Shown: piece after piece, positions 59,901 to 64,000 of the stretch
How positions within the stretch are numbered: the first letter of the stretch is position 1
How the letters are laid out: every line of letters begins with the position of its first letter
DNA from: Dendrobates tinctorius
Taxonomy: Eukaryota
Direction: 5' to 3'
Assembly: GCF_039654945.1 (NCBI RefSeq)
Contig: NW_027361687.1
Location: forward strand, 23,312,001 to 23,376,000
Length of the DNA stretch: 64,000 nucleotides
The notes under the pieces: model-generated
Databases searched by the model: none
Seen by the model: only the letters and a program-made list of their open reading frames with translations
Told to the model about the DNA's origin: nothing
Position numbers and translations under genes: made by a program

Positions 59901-61689
59901 TTGGGAACACAGATTCCATGTTAGTGTGCTGCAGCAGAACCATCAGCACATTGTGGGAGAATTCACTTTTTTTTTTTTTTTTACATGGGACATTCAGCAA
60001 ATTATTATCTGCATTGTCACATCACAGTGGATTTCTAAGGTGGGAACAGACACAGAAAAGCAAAGAGGTCACACGATACAGCATTAGCAAACTAACCGTT
60101 CACACAGCCCCTGTGCTGTCGGCTCCAGGTAATCCACAGCATAAGCCTGCAGCTGTTACATGCTACATAAACGGCAATTCTCGGTCACACTGCACACACA
60201 CCTGCTTATAGTGTCGTGGCATTTCTTGCAGACTTTCTGCTTGCTGTTGCCATATGCAGGTAAGATTGCTGTGAATGCCAGGCATCCCGCACAGAACGAA
60301 TGTCGGCAGGACTTACAGCCACACTTGGAAGGAAAGAAAAAAAATAACCCATCATTACGATCACATTACTGCCTTTAATCATTATCACCCAATAATCATA
60401 CAAGGAGACTTTCTTTTATTATTATTACTTAAACGCTTGTATTTGGGGATGAAAATCATTTTGGCAATTAGGTTTCATTAAAAATGTTGCACCATTTGAC
60501 TTTTAAAGGCACATTTTACTTTGATGTGGTCATAAAACAGCTGAGACAAGATGAGAAAAAGTTAGAAACTCCCTGTCAGACTTCATAGCAAGCTCACTGA
60601 CAGATTCTCAGTTAACTCATTCTACCGCCAGCAATAAACAGTAACACACAAAAGCGATAGAAGGAAAACTGAGCAAAATGAATAATCAAACTATATTGAA
60701 AAAATGAATTTTAGCCCCAGATACGTGCTTTTTAGGTAAAAAAAAAATTACAAATGTCGATTTTGTGTTTTCACTTTTCCAATACAAAATAGGTTGCTTT
60801 ATATGTATCTGTGGTTTTGCTAAAGTGCCAGAAGGGGCTACAAGGAGGGCTCAGCTGCCCTATCCCAGACGCTCTTTTTCAAGGATTTGGAGCAGAAACT
60901 CTCCAATTTCTGCAAAAACACTACAGACTTGGACCCCGATCAGTGCAGGAAAAGCGATGCATCAACTGTACAAAGGGACGTGTTCACACAGATTAAGCTA
61001 TAGACAGACTGCAAAATTGGGAAAGTGTGCTCTAAAAATTAAAGGGGTTGTCCAGTGATCGGCGGGGGTCTCACATGTGCACCGATTGGCAGAACAGGGA
61101 ACTTTCATCCCAGAGGAGCAGCAGTGAGCATGCTCAACCACCGCTTCATTCCCTATGGGGCTGCCGATCAGTGTAGGTCCCAGCGGTCGGATCCCCAGTG
61201 ATCAATACGTTGTCACCTCCGCTGTGGATTGCTGCTGATGTATCTTCACTGGACAGCCCCTTTAAATGTTCCTTTCACCATTGAATAAGGTGCAAGTACA
61301 CAAAAAAAATACTAAAAAAACAGACCATAATATAATAAAATATGAAAAATCACTAAGTCACGTTTTACATTCACCGCTATGGCACCAATGCTCCTGGATG
61401 GGCTTGAATTACTCCCCACAGACTTTCACCTGACCGCTGCAGCCAATCACTGGCCTCAGCATGACTTACATGATGTCATCCCGCGGCTCCATTACACATA
61501 GACCAATAGGGATTTTAAAGGGGAGTTATGATTTTGTTTTTTGAATCTCCCATAAACCCCTTTAAATACAGATTTTCCTAGAGGATCCCTTTAATAATTA
61601 TCTACACATACGTCTATAATCACATTGACACTTACCTCTTTCTTAAATATGGAGAATTTGGAAGCACAAGAAAAGCACCTCCCGTCCAT
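33211..61689 (-). CDS. ZFYVE19: Zinc finger FYVE-type containing 19 (ANCHR, abscission/NoCut checkpoint regulator), 11 coding exons, 433 aa
   Basis: join(-): 61689-61636, 60323-60202, 59125-59069, 54121-53961, 49547-49402, 48915-48807, 46349-46131, 38502-38426, 38025-37906, 34635-34478, 33289-33211. Total 1302 nt, all GT-AG, phases consistent, no internal stop. N-terminal FYVE-type finger and C-terminal [12 protein letters not shown]...CQRCF finger. Confidence 0.95.
33357..33797. mobile_element. Fragment of a non-autonomous TTAACCCC-type (piggyBac-like) DNA element
   Basis: Similar to 44825-45105 (CAGAGCCATAACTTT...GGACGAGTTGTACTTTTGAA...GCCATTATGATT). Family assignment is from recall. Confidence 0.55.
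34478..34635 (-). CDS. ZFYVE19: ZFYVE19 exon 10
   Basis: ...[34 protein letters not shown]. tag|...|gtatga. The exact acceptor is slightly uncertain. Confidence 0.9.
36858..37385. repeat. 42-bp minisatellite (TACAGAGCAGGAAGTCAGTGTGGTGGATCTTCAGCCAATGGC), ~12.5 copies
   Basis: Direct tandem copies in ZFYVE19 intron 9. Confidence 0.95.
37906..38025 (-). CDS. ZFYVE19: ZFYVE19 exon 9
   Basis: [15 protein letters not shown]...PSTHT. cag|...|gtaagt. Confidence 0.9.
38426..38502 (-). CDS. ZFYVE19: ZFYVE19 exon 8
   Basis: [26 protein letters not shown]. cag|...|gtcagg. Confidence 0.9.
41021..41068 (-). ncRNA. Minimal type I hammerhead ribozyme motif (mirror copy)
   Basis: Reverse complement of 41280-41325 with a slightly longer U run. 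Confidence 0.65.
41280..41325 (+). ncRNA. Minimal type I hammerhead ribozyme motif
   Basis: ACACGUAA-CUGAAGA-A-GGUCA cau UGACC-GAAA-CGUC-UUUUCGUGU: both core boxes, 5-bp stem II, ACACG/CGUGU stem I, and a GUC cleavage triplet ending at 41316. Confidence 0.7.
42776..43317. other. Assembly gap
   Basis: Run of N. Confidence 1.
46131..46349 (-). CDS. ZFYVE19: ZFYVE19 exon 7
   Basis: ...[43 protein letters not shown]. cag|...|gtacca. Confidence 0.92.
47100..47507. mobile_element. T2/Kolobok-type MITE
   Basis: Imperfect TIRs AGGGAACTGGTCAC/GTGTCAGGTTCTCT followed by TTAA. Extended internal inverted symmetry. Confidence 0.6.
48115..48390 (-). mobile_element. CR1 LINE 3' fragment
   Basis: [13 protein letters not shown]...LSYEERL...[21 protein letters not shown], followed by a CR1-type 3' end (GGTCCCTTCCAACCC...ATTCTATG). 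Confidence 0.9.
48807..48915 (-). CDS. ZFYVE19: ZFYVE19 exon 6
   Basis: [36 protein letters not shown]. tag|...|gtactt. Confidence 0.9.
49402..49547 (-). CDS. ZFYVE19: ZFYVE19 exon 5
   Basis: [16 protein letters not shown]...[12 protein letters not shown]. tag|...|gtagga. Confidence 0.92.
49995..50266. repeat. ~100-bp-arm inverted repeat, probably Penelope-derived
   Basis: Arms 49995-50095 and 50157-50266. Degenerate GAAAC(A/G)CGT remnants on both strands in the spacer. Confidence 0.7.
50370..53136 (-). mobile_element. L1-clade LINE with ORF1 and ORF2 C-terminus; endonuclease and RT deleted
   Basis: ORF1 motifs [23 protein letters not shown] (~52520-52450), ESVHRVG and [11 protein letters not shown]2 tail [12 protein letters not shown]. 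Poly(A) at 50370-50388. GTATTTT at both junctions. Confidence 0.88.
53961..54121 (-). CDS. ZFYVE19: ZFYVE19 exon 4
   Basis: RIAALEAKQ...[24 protein letters not shown]. cag|...|gtgagt. Confidence 0.92.
54190..58700 (+). mobile_element. DIRS-type retrotransposon (gag, RT-RNase H, methyltransferase, tyrosine recombinase), 5'-truncated and decayed
   Basis: gag-like KIDVPVAKV...LRDPMDRK; [76 protein letters not shown]. Terminal complementary repeats at 58420-58506 vs 58640-58700. Confidence 0.93.
59069..59125 (-). CDS. ZFYVE19: ZFYVE19 exon 3
   Basis: [18 protein letters not shown]. tag|...|gtaagt. Confidence 0.9.
59183..59710. mobile_element. Possible solo LTR
   Basis: TGTGAC...ATGACA ends, with composition like the other LTRs. 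No clear TSD. Confidence 0.4.
60202..60323 (-). CDS. ZFYVE19: ZFYVE19 exon 2
   Basis: [43 protein letters not shown] acceptor, GT donor. Confidence 0.92.
61039..61265. mobile_element. T2/Kolobok-type MITE
   Basis: TTAA|AGGGGTTGTCCAGTGA...TCACTGGACAGCCCCT|TTAA. Confidence 0.85.
61636..61689 (-). CDS. ZFYVE19: ZFYVE19 exon 1
   Basis: [18 protein letters not shown]|gtaagt. In-frame TAA upstream at 61725-61723. Confidence 0.92.
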
Positions 61690-62089
61690 GTCAGATGCAG
61701 GCACACTCACCACCCCTGCACATTACTGCCCCTCTCATCCCAAATCTCACAACTTTCAGGAAATGCTCTATTTCTCCCATTGCAACAGAGAACTCTGGGA
61801 AAAGTAGTCAATTTACGGTCCAGTTTCAAATTAATACACGAGTGCTTCACTACATTTCCCAGCATGCAATGCGCGACCAGCTGTCCTCGTACAGGCACGG
61901 TTTTGCCGCGTTGCCTCTTGGGAATGGCAGTTTTTTCATTCCTGTCATACGTTCCCGCTTGTTCGCCTGTTGCTTGAAAGAACCACATATCCCAGGAGGC
62001 TTTGGAAACGGAAAGCGGAACTTAGAACCAGCTTGTGAATTTGCTTCTGAAATAAATATTAGAAAAGTAACACGATGTCTTCAGGAAAA
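61690..62089. promoter_or_regulatory. Bidirectional ZFYVE19/DNAJC17 promoter
   Basis: 400 bp between divergent ATGs. ACTACATTTCCCAGCATGCA at 61849-61868 plus related motifs at 61793-61809(-), 61918-61932(-) and 61981-62000. Tandem CGGAA at ~62009-62020. Confidence 0.85.
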
Positions 62090-62167
62090 ATGTCTGCGTC
62101 CAAGGAGCTGATGCAGATGGATTTGTATGGGCTGCTGGGAATCGACGCTGAGGCTTCCGAGAAAGAG
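62090..62167 (+). CDS. DNAJC17: DnaJ homolog subfamily C member 17, coding exon 1
   Basis: MSASKELMQMDLYGLLGIDAEASEKE|gtaact, the start of a J-domain resembling human [26 protein letters not shown]. Head-to-head with ZFYVE19. Confidence 0.92.
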
Positions 62168-62189
62168 GTAACTGTCTGCTCACTCATTC

Positions 62190-64000
62190 ACTCCTAACAT
62201 GTCCTGCCCCCAATAACTGTGAGGTGCCCCCTCCACTCACGTCCTGCCCCAATAACTGTGAGGTGCCCACTCCGCACACGTCCTGCCCCAATAACTGTGA
62301 GGTGCCCACTCCGCATACGTCCTGCCCCAATAACTGTGAGGTGCCCACTTCGGATATGTCAACCCCCCATTTCTGTGAGGTGCCCCCTCCACAAACATCC
62401 ATCCCACAATAACTGTGAGGTGCCCCCTCCGCAAACGTCCTGCCCCCAGTAACTGTGAGGTGCCCCCTCCACTCACGTCCTGCCCCAATAACTGTGAGGT
62501 GCCCACTTCGGATATGTCAAACCCCCATTACTGTGAGGTGCCCCCTCCACAAACATCCATCCCACAATAACTGTGAGGTGCCCCCTCCGCAAACGTCCTG
62601 CCCCCAATAACTGTGAGGTGCCCCCTCCACTCACGTCCTGCCCCAATAACTGTGAGGTGCCCACTCTGCACACGTCCTGCCCCAATAACTGTGAGGTGCC
62701 CACTCTGCACACGTCCTGCCCCAATAACTGTGAGGTGCCCACTCTGCACACGTCCAGCCCCAATAACTGTGAGGTGCCCACTCTGCACACGTCCTGCCCC
62801 AATAACTGTGAGGTGCCCACTCTGCACACGTCCTGCCCCAATAACTGTGAGGTGCCCACTCTGCACACGTCCTGCCCCAATAACTGTGAGGTGCCCACTC
62901 TGCACACGTCCTGCCCCAATAACTGTGAGGTGCCCACTCTGCACACGTCCTGCCCCAATAACTGTGAGGTGCCCACTCTGCACACGTCCTGCCCCAATAA
63001 CTGTGAGGTGCCCACTCTGCACACGTCCTGCCCCAATAACTGTGAGGTGCCCACTCTGCACACGTCCTGCCCCAATAACTGTGAGGTGCCCACTCTGCAC
63101 ACGTCCTGCCCCAATAACTGTGAGGTGCCCACTCTGCACACGTCCTGCCCCAATAACTGTGAGGTGCCCACTCTGCACACGTCCTGCCCCAATAACTGTG
63201 AGGTGCCCACTCTGCACACGTCCTGCCCCAATAACTGTGAGGTGCCCACTCTGCACACGTCCTGCCCCAATAACTGTGAGGTGCCCACTCTGCACACGTC
63301 CTGCCCCAATAACTGTGAGGTGCCCACTCTGCACACGTCCTGCCCCAATAACTGTCAGGTGCCCCCTCCGCAAACATCCATCCCACAATAACTGTGAGGT
63401 GCCCCCTCCGCACACGTCCTGCCCCCAATAACTGTGAGGTGCCTCCTCCGGACGCGTCCATCCCCCAATAACTGAGGTGCCCCCTCCACTCACGTCCTGC
63501 CCCAATAACTGTGAGGTGCCCCCTCCACTCACGTCCTGCCCCAATAACTGTGAGGTGCCCAATCCGCACACGTCCTGCCCCAATAACTGTGAGGTGCCCA
63601 CTCCGCACACGTCCTGCCCCAATAACTGTGAGGTGCCCACTCCGCATACGTCCTGCCCCAATAACTGTGAGGTGCCCACTTCGGATATGTCAAACCCCCA
63701 TTTCTGTGAGGTGCCCCCTCCACAAACATCCATCCCACAATAACTGTGAGGTGCCCCCTCCACTCACGTCCTGCCCCAATAACTGTGAGGTGCCCACTTC
63801 GGATATGTCAAACCCCCATTACTGTGAGGTGCCCCCTCCACAAACATCCATCCCACAATAACTGTGAGGTGCCCCCTCCGCAAACGTCCTGCCCCCAGTA
63901 ACTGTGAGGTGCCCCCTCCGCAAACGTCCTGCCCCCAGTAACTGAGGTGCCCCCTCCGCACACGTCCTGCCCCCAATAACTGTGAGGTGCCTCCTCCGGA
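62190..64000. repeat. 39-bp minisatellite (CACACGTCCTGCCCCAATAACTGTGAGGTGCCCACTCTG) in DNAJC17 intron 1
   Basis: More than 40 tandem copies, running off the window end. Homogeneous core at ~62650-63350. Confidence 0.96.

Noticed and set aside
62473-63861. Long repetitive ORFs of 270-411 aa on both strands
   Set aside because: They are by-products of a 39-bp (multiple of 3) minisatellite in an intron and are open in several frames.

Overview
This is vertebrate genomic DNA, most likely a frog (inferred from the transposon families). It has two N gaps (31580-31759, 42776-43317). Three intron-containing host genes, largely missed by the ORF track, were reconstructed by hand from splice sites and translation. 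PPP1R14D-like exons 2-4 lie on + (18364-22325; exon 1 not found in the window). A complete 11-exon ZFYVE19/ANCHR lies on - (61689-33211, 433 aa). Exon 1 of DNAJC17 lies on + (62090-62167), head-to-head with ZFYVE19 across a 400-bp bidirectional promoter rich in ZNF143-type motifs. This matches the gene order I recall for human 15q15. The rest is dominated by mostly decayed, often nested transposons: Harbinger, chromoviral Gypsy, Gmr1-like Gypsy inside a Helitron, an L2 LINE with a 2A-like peptide, SINEs, a full-length hAT, two DIRS, L1, CR1 and many MITEs, plus several minisatellites. The most unusual item is a 478-bp non-coding palindromic insertion (40904-41381) carrying two mirror-image minimal hammerhead ribozyme motifs, nested in a DIRS element in ZFYVE19 intron 7. 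I do not see a convincingly new protein-coding system; most findings are notable instances of known classes.
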